This document shows, one piece after another, positions 21,306-31,453 of a stretch of 62,269 bases of DNA. Source of the DNA: Rhodothermales bacterium. GTDB taxonomy: Bacteria; Bacteroidota; Rhodothermia; Rhodothermales; Bin80. Made by a program: the position numbers and the translations under genes. The DNA is taken from positions 1-62,269 of the forward strand of contig JAAXGT010000075.1 in NCBI GenBank assembly GCA_012271205.1, in the 5' to 3' direction. Position 1 is the stretch's first letter; every line of letters starts with the position of its first letter. The notes under the pieces are model-generated. The model saw only the letters and a program-made list of their open reading frames with translations, searched no databases and was not told the DNA's origin.

Positions 21306-21806
21306 TTATTGATCTTCAGCGGTGAAGGTCGTTGTATTGGTTTCAGCTGCTGAATCCATTCCTTTTAACTTGAAACGGATTGGCAAAGTCGTTCTGACCT
21401 TCACGGGCTGGCCATCTTGAACTCCAGGCTTGAATTTGGTTTTTCTGATGACCCTCAGTGCCTCCTCGTCGCAGCCAGCACCAATACCACGTTCGACTTG
21501 CGCGTTAAGGACATGGCCAGTCTCGTCTACCACGAAAGAAACAACCACACTGCCTTCGACGCCGGCTTTCCTGGCAATCTCGGGATACCTGATTTCCTGT
21601 GCCAATGCAGCCAGACCGTCTGCGGGCGTGGGTTGCTGACTAACTATTTCGTAGACGTCTTGGAGATCCTGAAACTCGTGGGGGTCAGATGCAAGCGCCA
21701 ATTCTCTAGTGTCGGGTTCTTCGGCGATTTCTTGAGTAATGTTGACGTCCATGCAGGCTGTCAGCATCAAGAGGGTGGACGCGGCAAGGAAATGACGAAT
21801 TTGCAT
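21306..21806 (-). CDS. TonB C-terminal domain protein with lipoprotein-like signal peptide
   Basis: MQIRHFLAASTLLMLTAC (lipobox-like), IRYPEIARKAGVEGSVVVSFVVDETG and GCDEEALRV. Confidence 0.85.
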   Translation of the reverse strand: MQIRHFLAASTLLMLTACMDVNITQEIAEEPDTRELALASDPHEFQDLQDVYEIVSQQPTPADGLAALAQEIRYPEIARKAGVEGSVVVSFVVDETGHVLNAQVERGIGAGCDEEALRVIRKTKFKPGVQDGQPVKVRTTLPIRFKLKGMDSAAETNTTTFTAEDQ

Positions 21807-22132
21807 GGTTACGGGGCTATGTGAGTGAGTTTGTTGCGTTACAGAGCAAATATCGTGCCTGCTTGCAGATTGCTTCCAGGCTGCACGAAAGCAGAAGTAG
21901 CGGTAAGGCAATTGGGAATGCACTCAGACCGTACTTCCATCAGTTCTGACCGCATCTCCCTGCTGACATTTCAGGCAGACCGACCGTACAGGCCCCATAA
22001 AAAGTGAATTGCCAAGCTCTAAGAGTGTATTTGTGAGCACGACACCACCGGGTCGGGGCTATTGACAAGCAAAGCCCTGCAACCAGCTGGTTACGGGGAC
22101 GGGGCTTGAATACTTGGCACCAACCGAGTTTC

Positions 22133-22795
22133 TTACCGGAGTCTGAACCTGATCGGTAATGACATTCTAACCTTGACTGCCCGACCGCGCTGACGTCCGG
22201 GTACGAATTTGGCTTCACTGATGACACGTAAGGCTTCTTGGTCACATCCGGCTCCGATGCCGCGTGAGACCGTGGGGTTGAGCACATTTCCGTTTTCGTC
22301 CACAATGAACTGTACGATAACCTGCCCTTCAACATTCGCTTTACGCGCGATTTCGGGATAGCGGATCTTATTGTTCAGTGCAGCCATGCCTCCGATTATT
22401 GTAGGCTTCTCTTCCACAATTTCGAAGATCTCCTGCTCCGGCTCCTCTTCGGGTTCATCCGGTGGAGGGGGGGGGGGAGTTGCAATTATCGGATCCTCCA
22501 AATCCAAGGATGCGTCAAGATCCAGATCATCATCCTCCAGGATTTCGTCGTTGGGCACCTCGATCGGCACAGGCGGACGCGGTGGCGGCGGCGGCTTTTG
22601 GATCTGCTTCGTCTGCTGGATGTCTTCCATTTCGACGATTTCCTGCTCCATGACCTCAATATCCATGCCCTCGCCGCGTTCCAGATTCATGTTGAAGGCC
22701 AAGATCAAGACCAATAGCGATGCGATTATGCCGACTTGGACAAAAAAGCCGTAAGTCCGGCGAAGATCTGCCTTGGGGTTCTTATGTACTGCCAT
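22133..22795 (-). CDS. tonB: Energy transducer TonB
   Basis: KNPKADL N-terminus, single TM helix, Pro-rich linker and YPEIARKA.VEG TonB_C domain. Confidence 0.93.
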   Translation of the reverse strand: MAVHKNPKADLRRTYGFFVQVGIIASLLVLILAFNMNLERGEGMDIEVMEQEIVEMEDIQQTKQIQKPPPPPRPPVPIEVPNDEILEDDDLDLDASLDLEDPIIATPPPPPPDEPEEEPEQEIFEIVEEKPTIIGGMAALNNKIRYPEIARKANVEGQVIVQFIVDENGNVLNPTVSRGIGAGCDQEALRVISEAKFVPGRQRGRAVKVRMSLPIRFRLR

Positions 22796-23705
22796 GACTG
22801 AAGAGGTTTTTGAGTGAGATGGTTTGTCCGGTTACCGCGGTAATAAGCCCATGGCTTAGAAACTAACAAAAATTCGTAAGCCCGGTACAACTCCATTAAT
22901 TGCGGGGATTGCTCCAAGTTCCATTTTGCCGGAATTCAACACGTCTTTATGCAGATTTGAATGCATGGTTAAGAATCCTAAGCTGGTTCCACCTCCAAGG
23001 CGCATGCTCATCCCACGCTGGAAATACGACCAGGAAGCTTGGCCGAACTTGGGATGGCATGAATCGATGCCACCGCCTTAAAGGCTAGGTTTGCAAGTGT
23101 AGCCCGAAGAAAGGTCGACTCAAAAATCGCGCCTTTTAGCGTGGCCTGTTACAAAAGTGCTCAATAGAGGCTTCCAAGCTTATTCGCCGTCGTGCACACG
23201 ACACTCCAAGATCAGTCCGTAGACAAGTGGCGATCGTTTAACAAGCCCAATTTCTTGTGTTCAGGTGCGGCTTGTGAGTCCTATGGGAACGCAATCAACA
23301 CACACCGCTGCCAGTATTCCACCATAGATAGAGAAAGCAGTAGCGAATGAGATGAGGAAGATGCACAGACGCACAACAACCGGTCCAAGGTGTGGCAACC
23401 TTAATTGAGCCTTGCAGCCAAGGATTAATATCTTGTGTGGTACTTGGCCCGGGGACATTGGATTACGTGCAGTCCAAGGATGCATCGCAGACATGGTGAA
23501 AGCCCGTCGCGGCATAATTCGCCAAGGGGTCCACAATCTTTTTGGCCGGAACTTGGGACAGCTACACGGATCGAGTTATGGTGGAGTGGGGATAACGAGA
23601 GTGTACCTGTGGGACCTCGCTGCTCTTGTTGTTCGGAAAGCCTGTACGGTTCAAGGTGACTGGCTTAGACTGCTGCCCCCATGCCAGCTCTGTGTCCAAT
23701 AATGG

Positions 23706-25310
23706 TCAGGCTTTGGACGCAGCAATTGCTTTCAGGGCGGGCGGTACTTCGCGAAGCATGTCGGTCGCTACCATCGTGACCTCCGGATTCCGCGCTGTGT
23801 ATCGGTTCGCAGCGGCGCCGCCAATATGCAGGCCGCATACGGCGGCTTGCAGTGGTGAATTACCCTGTGCCACCAGGCCTGCGATGAGTCCGGACAACAC
23901 ATCGCCTGTACCTGCCGTGGCTAGCGCAGGATTTCCGGTGCCACAGATGAACGGATCACCATCCAGTGATCCGATCACGCTGGGCAAGCCCTTCAAAACC
24001 AGCGTGCAGCGCAGCTTGTGGGCCCAAGCCTGCGCAACGTGCAACCGGTCGCTGATTTCAGCTTCCGGAGCGGCAAGACGCTTGAATTCGCCGAGATGAG
24101 GAGTCAGGATCCAGCGTCCGTTGGATTGATCTGCAATTTCGTCGCGGGAAAGCGCATATAATCCATCAGCGTCCACAACCGTCGGCATATCGGCCGCTTG
24201 GGCCAGCAGTCTGCGGACAAACTTTTGTGTTGTCTTATGCCGTCCCAATCCGGGACCTATAAGCAAGGCACGGGCTTTGGCGAGCCACGGTTCGAGTGCT
24301 GCCAGTGCAGCAGTTATTTGAATCACACCGTCGGCAGAGGTGGGAAGGCCAATGGTCGGGATTTCGATTAGCTTCTTTGCGATCACTTGCTGCACATCTT
24401 GCGGCACTGCACATGCGACGTATCCTGCGCCGATGCGTGCAGCGGCTTCCGATGCCATGACGGGCGCGCCGTAATAGCCTCGAGAGCCGCCCACAACCAG
24501 TACCATTCCGGCGCTGTATTTGTGCGCGTCTATAGGGCGCGATGGAAGCCATGCGGCTACGCCTTCGTCAGTGGTTCGCCAGCTACGATCAGTTATGGCC
24601 GGATCATTCAACAAAAAGGCGGGAATCCCAATATCAATTACTCTAATCGTACCTGTGCACTGCGGCCCGGCACCGAGCAACAGGCCAGGCTTTAAGGCAC
24701 CCATGGTCACCGTTAGACGGGCGCGGACAGCTTCGCCCCATACTTGGCCCGAGTCCGCGTCCAGACCACTAGGTATGTCAACTGCAATTACGGGTGCTGC
24801 TGATGTGGTCAGTTGGGCTACGAATCGGGCTGCGGGACCTTCAACCGGGCGGCTAAGGCCCGTTCCAAAGAGTGCGTCGATGTACAAATCACCGGATGGG
24901 AGTGCTGTCTTGGATTCGCTTGTGTTTGTTAGCTCCAACTGCCCGGATGAATCATGCTTTTTCAACGCTTCCAGTAGCCGCAGATTCAGTGCAGATTCGA
25001 GCGAAGACGGTTCGCCTAACGCAACCACGTGTACGTGTGCTCCTAGCGAATGAATCACGCGCGCGATCACGAATCCGTCTCCACCGTTATTGCCGCGACC
25101 GCAGCAGATGACAATGCGCCTGTTTCGAAGCGGACCGAAGTGTTTGGCAATTGCGCGCACCGTGCCACGCCCGGCGTTTTCCATGAGAGTATGCGCAGGC
25201 AAACCGAATTTTTGAATAGCCAACCGATCAATGGTCCGTCGTGCTCTTCCCCTGAGCACGCGATCCATCAGCGCGGATACGCCAGTGAGGTGGATCTGAT
25301 TAGTATCCAT
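23706..25310 (-). CDS. nnr: Bifunctional NAD(P)H-hydrate epimerase/dehydratase (NnrE-NnrD)
   Basis: LMENAG, GRGNNGGDG, DALFGTG, AVDIPSG, IGPGLG, TPHLGEF and ATAGTGDVLSG. Confidence 0.95.
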   Translation of the reverse strand: MDTNQIHLTGVSALMDRVLRGRARRTIDRLAIQKFGLPAHTLMENAGRGTVRAIAKHFGPLRNRRIVICCGRGNNGGDGFVIARVIHSLGAHVHVVALGEPSSLESALNLRLLEALKKHDSSGQLELTNTSESKTALPSGDLYIDALFGTGLSRPVEGPAARFVAQLTTSAAPVIAVDIPSGLDADSGQVWGEAVRARLTVTMGALKPGLLLGAGPQCTGTIRVIDIGIPAFLLNDPAITDRSWRTTDEGVAAWLPSRPIDAHKYSAGMVLVVGGSRGYYGAPVMASEAAARIGAGYVACAVPQDVQQVIAKKLIEIPTIGLPTSADGVIQITAALAALEPWLAKARALLIGPGLGRHKTTQKFVRRLLAQAADMPTVVDADGLYALSRDEIADQSNGRWILTPHLGEFKRLAAPEAEISDRLHVAQAWAHKLRCTLVLKGLPSVIGSLDGDPFICGTGNPALATAGTGDVLSGLIAGLVAQGNSPLQAAVCGLHIGGAAANRYTARNPEVTMVATDMLREVPPALKAIAASKA

Positions 25311-25573
25311 TCTTAGAAGCAGAGAAGATTCGGGATTGGCCAGCTGTTATGCAAAAAGCCTGCTGTGGTTCAAGCTTGTCTGTACGAAGGCTTCTTCGCT
25401 GATGGGGGCAGGTCAGCAAACACCTTGTGCAAGAAGGAATCCGTTCGAAAGACCACAAAGCGTGCCAAGGCTACCAATACGCTCTGGTATTTGCCTTCGG
25501 CCACACATATCTGATCTCGTTCGTGGCCTCACACGCCAGACGTTCCGAATAAGAACAAGGCTCGAAGCCAGCC

Positions 25574-27232
25574 TTAGTGTACGGTTAATTCAGGTGAAGC
25601 CGCGAGTTCGGGATACAGGTGCAGCGTATCCCCCAAGGCCGTATCCCAGCGGGGACGGGCTCTAATCACATCAGGAAACCACGTAATTGGTTCGGCGGGT
25701 ACGAAGGGGACAAGCTGGCCGCCATCCCACTTTCCATTACCGTTGCTATCAGCAAACATCCGAATCATATAGGCGTCCTCCGGCAAGTCATGAAACACAA
25801 ATCTACCTGCGGAATCCGGATGGGACTGCACCATTGTCTGGCTCTCTTCTGCTCGATGCAAGGCGATGACAATACTATCGCCAGCTGGCATGGCAATGCC
25901 GCTCAAAGTACCCAGCTCACGGTCGGAAAGACGCCGGAACCGGCGCTCGTGTAGGCTGTCTGGCTGGGTTACACGAACCACTGCAGCTTTGCCTCGGGCT
26001 AACGGAAGGATGAGCTTGTACACCGTTCCATTATGTGTGGTTGATGTGAGTGCAAGCGGGTTGCCTGACGTGTCCGATGCGCTTACCAGTACTTGGAATA
26101 AACTGTCGGATACTACCTGATTGAACATTATGCTTGGCACATCATGCGGTCCAAGATCGGAATTGTCGGCCGGCAAGAATCCCTGGAATCGCACCAGCGT
26201 CGTGTCTGGGCGGTTGCGTCCCGCAAAATAGATCGTATCCACTGCAAGCATATTGCCGCTGGAGTCAGCCAATTGTGCGTCGGGCACCAATTTGTAAGTC
26301 CGCTCATCCAGCTCATCCGTTCGGAGATAGACAGCCCAAGGTTCGTGTGGCAGCGCATAGACTTCCTGTACGCCAACTTGCGTGCCCGTGATTGAATCAG
26401 ACAGCACCCAGGCCTCCGGGTTGCGTGAAGGCATTAAGACTGCCTCTGAAAACCGCGCGGCCACACGGCTCTTGGACAAAGCTCGCGTGCGGTCAATTCT
26501 GGGGGCGATTGTGTCCAGGCTGCTTATGATCCAGTGCTTACGGAGTGCCAAGGTGTCGGGAACGGCCAGTATGGTCTGCTCTGGTGGCGTCGCATAGCTC
26601 TCGGCTGCATCCGGATGCTGGTTGCGGTTAAGATCCTGCAGTGCTACTACGAAATACTCTATTTCGCGCACGTGACTTAGATCAAACTGCCCATCCTCAC
26701 CCGTCTGTGTGCGGTAGGCCGGGTTCTCCGGCCAGCCCTGTGCCAGGTCACTGGCTGGATATGCAAACACGTCATAACCACTCACAGGATTGCCACGAAC
26801 CGGTTCCACCAGCCGTCCGCGAAGCCGTCCCCGATCTATTTCGGGGCCGGTCGCAAAAGCAATCGTAAGGGGGCGTCTGAGATTCACGCCCCGCATGTCC
26901 CGGAGCCGGGTGTCCAGCGTAATCAGATACGTGGTCGAATCTCGAAGCATCCCGGGAAGCCGGATGCTTACCGTGCGCTTACGCCACCGGAAGCGCAACC
27001 GTCCATCCAAGGCCGGAGTGATGGAGAACGCCTGCACAAAGGAGGACTGATCCACATACTCTGTGAACACCAGCCGGATCTCGGCCAAAGTTACGTTTAC
27101 AGCTTCATTTTCCGGCACCGACATCTCCAGTTCTGGCGGTGTCTTGTCGGCGGGTCCCCCGGCTGGCGGGCGGGGGTCAGCGCAGCCGAACACGAGGAGC
27201 ATCGCCGCGAAGGCGCCACTAAGAGTCCGCAC
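25574..27232 (-). CDS. Ig-like (Big_5) domain lipoprotein
   Basis: Lipobox VFGC followed by PPAGGPADKTPP; D.N.N Ca-binding-like loops and DSNGNGKWDGG; architecture conserved in Bacteroidota. Confidence 0.85.
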   Translation of the reverse strand: MRTLSGAFAAMLLVFGCADPRPPAGGPADKTPPELEMSVPENEAVNVTLAEIRLVFTEYVDQSSFVQAFSITPALDGRLRFRWRKRTVSIRLPGMLRDSTTYLITLDTRLRDMRGVNLRRPLTIAFATGPEIDRGRLRGRLVEPVRGNPVSGYDVFAYPASDLAQGWPENPAYRTQTGEDGQFDLSHVREIEYFVVALQDLNRNQHPDAAESYATPPEQTILAVPDTLALRKHWIISSLDTIAPRIDRTRALSKSRVAARFSEAVLMPSRNPEAWVLSDSITGTQVGVQEVYALPHEPWAVYLRTDELDERTYKLVPDAQLADSSGNMLAVDTIYFAGRNRPDTTLVRFQGFLPADNSDLGPHDVPSIMFNQVVSDSLFQVLVSASDTSGNPLALTSTTHNGTVYKLILPLARGKAAVVRVTQPDSLHERRFRRLSDRELGTLSGIAMPAGDSIVIALHRAEESQTMVQSHPDSAGRFVFHDLPEDAYMIRMFADSNGNGKWDGGQLVPFVPAEPITWFPDVIRARPRWDTALGDTLHLYPELAASPELTVH

Positions 27233-27839
27233 GACTGCTTCTCAAGTTGAAGAACAAAAAGGCGGCTAGGGCTGTCGCCATACCCAGCACTGCAGGCTCC
27301 AAATAGCGCCTTGGCCAGCTTGCAGGTGGTGCCTCGGCGTGTGTTTCAGGGTATGCCACTGTTTCGAGTGCAGCCAGTTGATCGCGCGGCACGACATCGT
27401 CGTACTGTTGTCGGCACACATCATGCTCGAGTATTTGTCCGGAGGCCGAGGCCATTGTAAATCTGAGGTCAAGATTCACGGTGCGCGTGACCATTTTGCG
27501 TGGCTCTCGCACGTAGCTTACCAAGGCACGCTCTATTCTCCAAGACAAAGCTGGCAGGGCCGCGTTCACCTTTACCAGCGTGCGGTCAAAAACAACGCGT
27601 CCCTCCTTCTGCCAAAGCGTAAAGAGTGCTCCGGTCAGGTAGGGCATGTTGGCCGGCGGTGCGACGATCAGTGAATCCCCTTCATCTGCGAAAGACCCCA
27701 GGCATTGGGTGGCCAGTTGCTGGTATACAGCAAGATTCGACGATAATTCTTGGGCAATTATCGGACGCACGCAAATCGAAATACTGATCCAAAGACACAG
27801 AGCATGCGCCCACCCGATCCTGGCACTCAAACGTAGCAT
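27219..27839 (-). CDS. Hypothetical exported protein with C-terminal TM anchor
   Basis: Signal-like N-terminus and C-terminal LEPAVLGMATALAAFLFFNLRS; operonic position; start placed at ATG 27839. Confidence 0.7.
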   Translation of the reverse strand: MLRLSARIGWAHALCLWISISICVRPIIAQELSSNLAVYQQLATQCLGSFADEGDSLIVAPPANMPYLTGALFTLWQKEGRVVFDRTLVKVNAALPALSWRIERALVSYVREPRKMVTRTVNLDLRFTMASASGQILEHDVCRQQYDDVVPRDQLAALETVAYPETHAEAPPASWPRRYLEPAVLGMATALAAFLFFNLRSSRADS

Positions 27840-27849
27840 GGCACTGGTA

Positions 27850-28344
27850 CTAGTGCTTCCGGAGTTCACCCGCCAAGTGGGCTGTCTGTGGCAAAATGAG
27901 TCTGTCCATGGCAAGTCGGACAGCACTGGGTGATCCAGGCATGACAAAAACTATCATGTCGCGGTAGAGCCCAGCTATCGCCCTGGAGAGCATAGCCGCA
28001 GCACCAATCTCATCGTATGAAAGCGCCCTAAACAGCTCACCGAACCCACTAAGCGTTTTTTCAAGAAGCTCGCTTACCGCTTCGAATGTGCGGTCTCGCC
28101 GGCTGATTCCGGTGCCTCCACTCAAACAAGCTACATCGGCTTTGCCTACAAGGTCTTGAAGCAAATACTTTATTGTGGCAGGTTCATCCGAAATAATTTC
28201 ACGAAACACGACATTGTGCCCCGCGATTTGTGTCATCTCTTGCATCACGCGGCCACTTTCGTCGTTCTCCAGGGTGCGCGTGTCGCTGACCGTTATCAGA
28301 GCGAAGCGCTGTGGTTGGTTTAGGGTATGTACATGTGCGGTCAT
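27850..28344 (-). CDS. moaB: Molybdenum cofactor biosynthesis protein MoaB/MogA family
   Basis: [33 protein letters not shown] and PGS. Confidence 0.9.
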   Translation of the reverse strand: MTAHVHTLNQPQRFALITVSDTRTLENDESGRVMQEMTQIAGHNVVFREIISDEPATIKYLLQDLVGKADVACLSGGTGISRRDRTFEAVSELLEKTLSGFGELFRALSYDEIGAAAMLSRAIAGLYRDMIVFVMPGSPSAVRLAMDRLILPQTAHLAGELRKH

Positions 28345-28595
28345 ACCGCGGGGATTCCATCGTCTTCCTTCGGCTCCCCAAACCAGCGTGGCGGATCATA
28401 GCCGTGACGGCCCCAAGGAGTGCAACGCAAGAGACGCCATCCCGAAAGGAGGCAGCCCTTGAGCGCGCCGTATTGGTCGATCGCCTCAATAGCATAACTT
28501 GAACATGAGGGTGTATATCGACACGCAACCGGTATGTGCGGCGATATTATTAACTGGTATGCTCGAACGAGTGCTGTACAGAAGCGTCCAACCAT
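28341..28595 (-). CDS. yidD: Membrane protein insertion efficiency factor YidD
   Basis: [17 protein letters not shown] and [12 protein letters not shown]. Confidence 0.93.
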   Translation of the reverse strand: MVGRFCTALVRAYQLIISPHIPVACRYTPSCSSYAIEAIDQYGALKGCLLSGWRLLRCTPWGRHGYDPPRWFGEPKEDDGIPAV

Positions 28596-28664
28596 TTTTG
28601 TGAGGCTGCTAAGTGCTCCTACACACAGGCAGCTTAATTGTCCCCAAAATGCTACAGCCAACGA

Positions 28665-29000
28665 ATGAACATGGCGGCTACGCTCGAGGATGTAAGATTT
28701 GATGTACAAGGCCTGGTAGTGGCTATTGCGCAGGATCACCTGACGCGCGAATTACTTATGGTAGCCTACATGACGCGTGAGAGCCTGATCCAAACCTTGG
28801 AAACCGGCCTCATGACTTATTGGAGCCGCTCACGGCAACGTCTATGGGTCAAAGGGGCTACCAGCGGGCAGTTGCAGGAAGTGAGGCACGTGCGTCTGGA
28901 CTGCGACGGCGATGCACTGGTGTTCGAAGTTAACCAGTGCGGGAGCGGCGTCTGCCACACGGGGGCCACCACGTGCTTTCACCGAAACCTGATGCCTTAG
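28665..29000 (+). CDS. hisI: Phosphoribosyl-AMP cyclohydrolase
   Basis: [28 protein letters not shown] and CHTG..TCF. Confidence 0.96.
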   Translation: MNMAATLEDVRFDVQGLVVAIAQDHLTRELLMVAYMTRESLIQTLETGLMTYWSRSRQRLWVKGATSGQLQEVRHVRLDCDGDALVFEVNQCGSGVCHTGATTCFHRNLMP

Positions 29001-29006
29001 TTGACC

Positions 29007-29744
29007 ATGCGATTCTGGCTGTTGCTCTGTGTCATTTCAGGTATTTCCGGATGCATGCCGCCACAAGCATCGCTGGTGCCTGACTGGATTGTGGATGATG
29101 CGGAGGTGCTGACAACGCAGGAGGAGTACGAGCTCGTGGAACTGCTTATGGCCTTTTACGAGCGAACGACGGTCGAGCTAGTTGGCGTTACGATCGAGAG
29201 ACTGCATGGACAGCCGGTGGTTGCGTTTACTGAGACCCTGTTTGACGAGTGGGATCTGGGGTCCCGTCAAACCAATAATGGGATCATGGTTCTGTTAGCC
29301 TTGGAGGAACGTCAGGTGCACATTACGCACGGCTCCGGGATGGCCTTGCAGTTGCCGCAGAACCGGCTGGATTCGATCATGGTCGCGATGGCGAAAAGAT
29401 TCGGCGATGGTGAGATCAGTGCGGGCTTCAAGACCGGATTCACTGAGATAATGGCTGTAGCCGAAACCGTGACCTGGACGGTGGATTATGCCAGCCTGAG
29501 TGCAGTAGCCGCGGATAGCATGCGGGCTGCGGGCAGAATTGTGTCGACAGATGCCGTGATAACGGGATTTGATGATGACCACGCTATAATCAGCGATTCG
29601 GACGGCATATCGGCCACTTTGCGTCTTCCCCTGGATACTCCCATGCTCGCTGTTGACGACCTTTTGGGCGTGCATGCCCGTGTTTTGCGGATTGTACCAT
29701 TGGAATTGATAGCGCTCAGTGTGGAGGTAGACGTTCCCTTTTAG
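29007..29744 (+). CDS. TPM domain-containing lipoprotein
   Basis: Lipobox ISGC, IVDDAEVL and LFDEWDLG...NNGIMVLLA..ERQVHI..G.G. Confidence 0.8.
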   Translation: MRFWLLLCVISGISGCMPPQASLVPDWIVDDAEVLTTQEEYELVELLMAFYERTTVELVGVTIERLHGQPVVAFTETLFDEWDLGSRQTNNGIMVLLALEERQVHITHGSGMALQLPQNRLDSIMVAMAKRFGDGEISAGFKTGFTEIMAVAETVTWTVDYASLSAVAADSMRAAGRIVSTDAVITGFDDDHAIISDSDGISATLRLPLDTPMLAVDDLLGVHARVLRIVPLELIALSVEVDVPF

Positions 29745-29754
29745 GGCAGGGTCG

Positions 29755-29787
29755 CAGCTAGGGGTGTCTGTCCCCTCCGCCTAGCTG
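29755..29787. terminator. Hairpin downstream of the TPM gene (possible terminator or processing stem)
   Basis: CAGCTAGG...CCTAGCTG 8-bp inverted repeat; no clear U-tract. Confidence 0.3.
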
Positions 29788-29988
29788 AATGCAGTTGCAG
29801 GGGATCGGCTTTAGGGGCCGCGCATGATGCGGAGTTCGGCGCGATCATTCTGATTGCCTGCCAGTCGCGCCATTAGCAGCTACACTCTGCCTTGGGCACC
29901 ACGTGCTTGGCGCCCTTCCTGTTTCCAGCGTCGTACGGCATATCTTCGGCGTTGCGTGTAACGTTGTAAGTGCAAGATCTCCACTGAT

Positions 29989-31386
29989 ATGTCTCAACAG
30001 GATCCGGCGCAGTCGCTGCGGCAAGAAATCGTCAGTGTGCTGCGCGGGTACGAGCGAGACTATACCCGTGGAAGCATTTTCAGAGCCATTGTGCTTTTGG
30101 CCATTCCGATGGTTCTGGAGATGCTCATGCAGTCCATCTTCGAACTGGTGGATGCATACTTCGTCGGCAAACTTGGAGCAGAAGCCTTGAATGCGGTGGG
30201 GGCTGGTGCCTCCCTCATTATTTTGGTGCTGGCGATCGCTTTCGGGATGACTATGGGGGTGACTGCCATGGTTGCGCGCCGCATAGGCGAAAAGGATCCT
30301 GAGGGCGCCGGCCGGGTCGCGTTTCAGGCCATTGCCGTTGCGGTGGGCATTTCTGTTCCCATTGCAATTCTGGGCATTCTCTTTGCGCCGCAAATGCTTC
30401 GTGCCATTGCAACGCCGGAAGCAGTGGTAGAAATCGGCTCCGGCTACTGTGCCATTCTCTTTGGCTCGAATCTGGCCATTTTGCTCCTCTTCGTGATCAA
30501 CGCCATCTTTCGTGGTGCCGGCGACCCGATGCTGGCTTTGAAGGCCCTGGCCCTGGCAAATTTATTCAACATAATCTTGGATCCTCTCCTGATTTTTGGT
30601 TGGGGACCGGTGCCAGCCATGGGACTTAAGGGAGCAGCTTGGGCGACTGTCATTGGCCGCAGCATCGGCGTGGTGTACCAGATATCGCTGCTGCTTCGGC
30701 AGCAGAGTCGGGTAAGAATACGCGTGCCGAAATTGGATTTTCAGATAATGGCGCGGTTTGTGGTGATTTCGACACCGGCAGTCATTCAGATGTTTATCTC
30801 GACTGCATGCTATTTGGCGCTATTCGTTCTGATCAATACGTTTGGCGAATACACTGCGGCGGCGTACACCGTGTCCGTTCGTATTATCGTATTCGCACTG
30901 CTTCCGGCCTGGGGATTGGGCAATGCAGCGGCCACGCTTGTCGGACAAAACCTGGGGGCGGGTGAGCCCGGGCGCGCAGAGCGCAGCGAGTGGATAACGT
31001 GCTTCATCAACAGTGGCTTCCTAGGGCTGGTGGCCATCGGTCTGAATTTGTTTGCGCAGCCGCTCATGGAAATCTTTACCCAAGAAACGGAGGTGGTGGC
31101 CATTGGGCGTGACTGCATTCGAATTATCAGTTACACCTATGTGCTGTTTGCGTTTGGCATGGTAACCACCCAAGCGTTTAATGGCAGTGGAGATACTTGG
31201 ACACCCACCTGGATTGCATTCGTGTGCTATTGGTGCATACAGTTGCCGCTTGGATGGGCACTGGCCTATCCAGCGGGATACGATGCACAGGGAATCTTCG
31301 CTGCTGTAGCCATTGCGCAAGCTATACTGGCTGTTGTTGGCAGTGTCGTTTTCCGCATGGGGCGATGGAAACTCAGGGCCGTGTGA
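29989..31386 (+). CDS. MATE family efflux transporter
   Basis: About 12 TM helices; LAIPM, D.YFVGKLG, FRGAGD, NIILDPLLIFG and LVGQNLGA. Confidence 0.95.
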   Translation: MSQQDPAQSLRQEIVSVLRGYERDYTRGSIFRAIVLLAIPMVLEMLMQSIFELVDAYFVGKLGAEALNAVGAGASLIILVLAIAFGMTMGVTAMVARRIGEKDPEGAGRVAFQAIAVAVGISVPIAILGILFAPQMLRAIATPEAVVEIGSGYCAILFGSNLAILLLFVINAIFRGAGDPMLALKALALANLFNIILDPLLIFGWGPVPAMGLKGAAWATVIGRSIGVVYQISLLLRQQSRVRIRVPKLDFQIMARFVVISTPAVIQMFISTACYLALFVLINTFGEYTAAAYTVSVRIIVFALLPAWGLGNAAATLVGQNLGAGEPGRAERSEWITCFINSGFLGLVAIGLNLFAQPLMEIFTQETEVVAIGRDCIRIISYTYVLFAFGMVTTQAFNGSGDTWTPTWIAFVCYWCIQLPLGWALAYPAGYDAQGIFAAVAIAQAILAVVGSVVFRMGRWKLRAV

Positions 31387-31453
31387 TCTGCCATTTGGAT
31401 CAAAACCACAAGTTGTGGCTACTACCAGAAAATAATAGGTAGCAGATTGACGC

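Noticed and set aside
22796..23705. Small ORFs in the tonB-nnr gap (e.g. 23261-23536, 23412-23702)
   Set aside because: Non-ATG starts, mutual overlap and no recognisable motifs.
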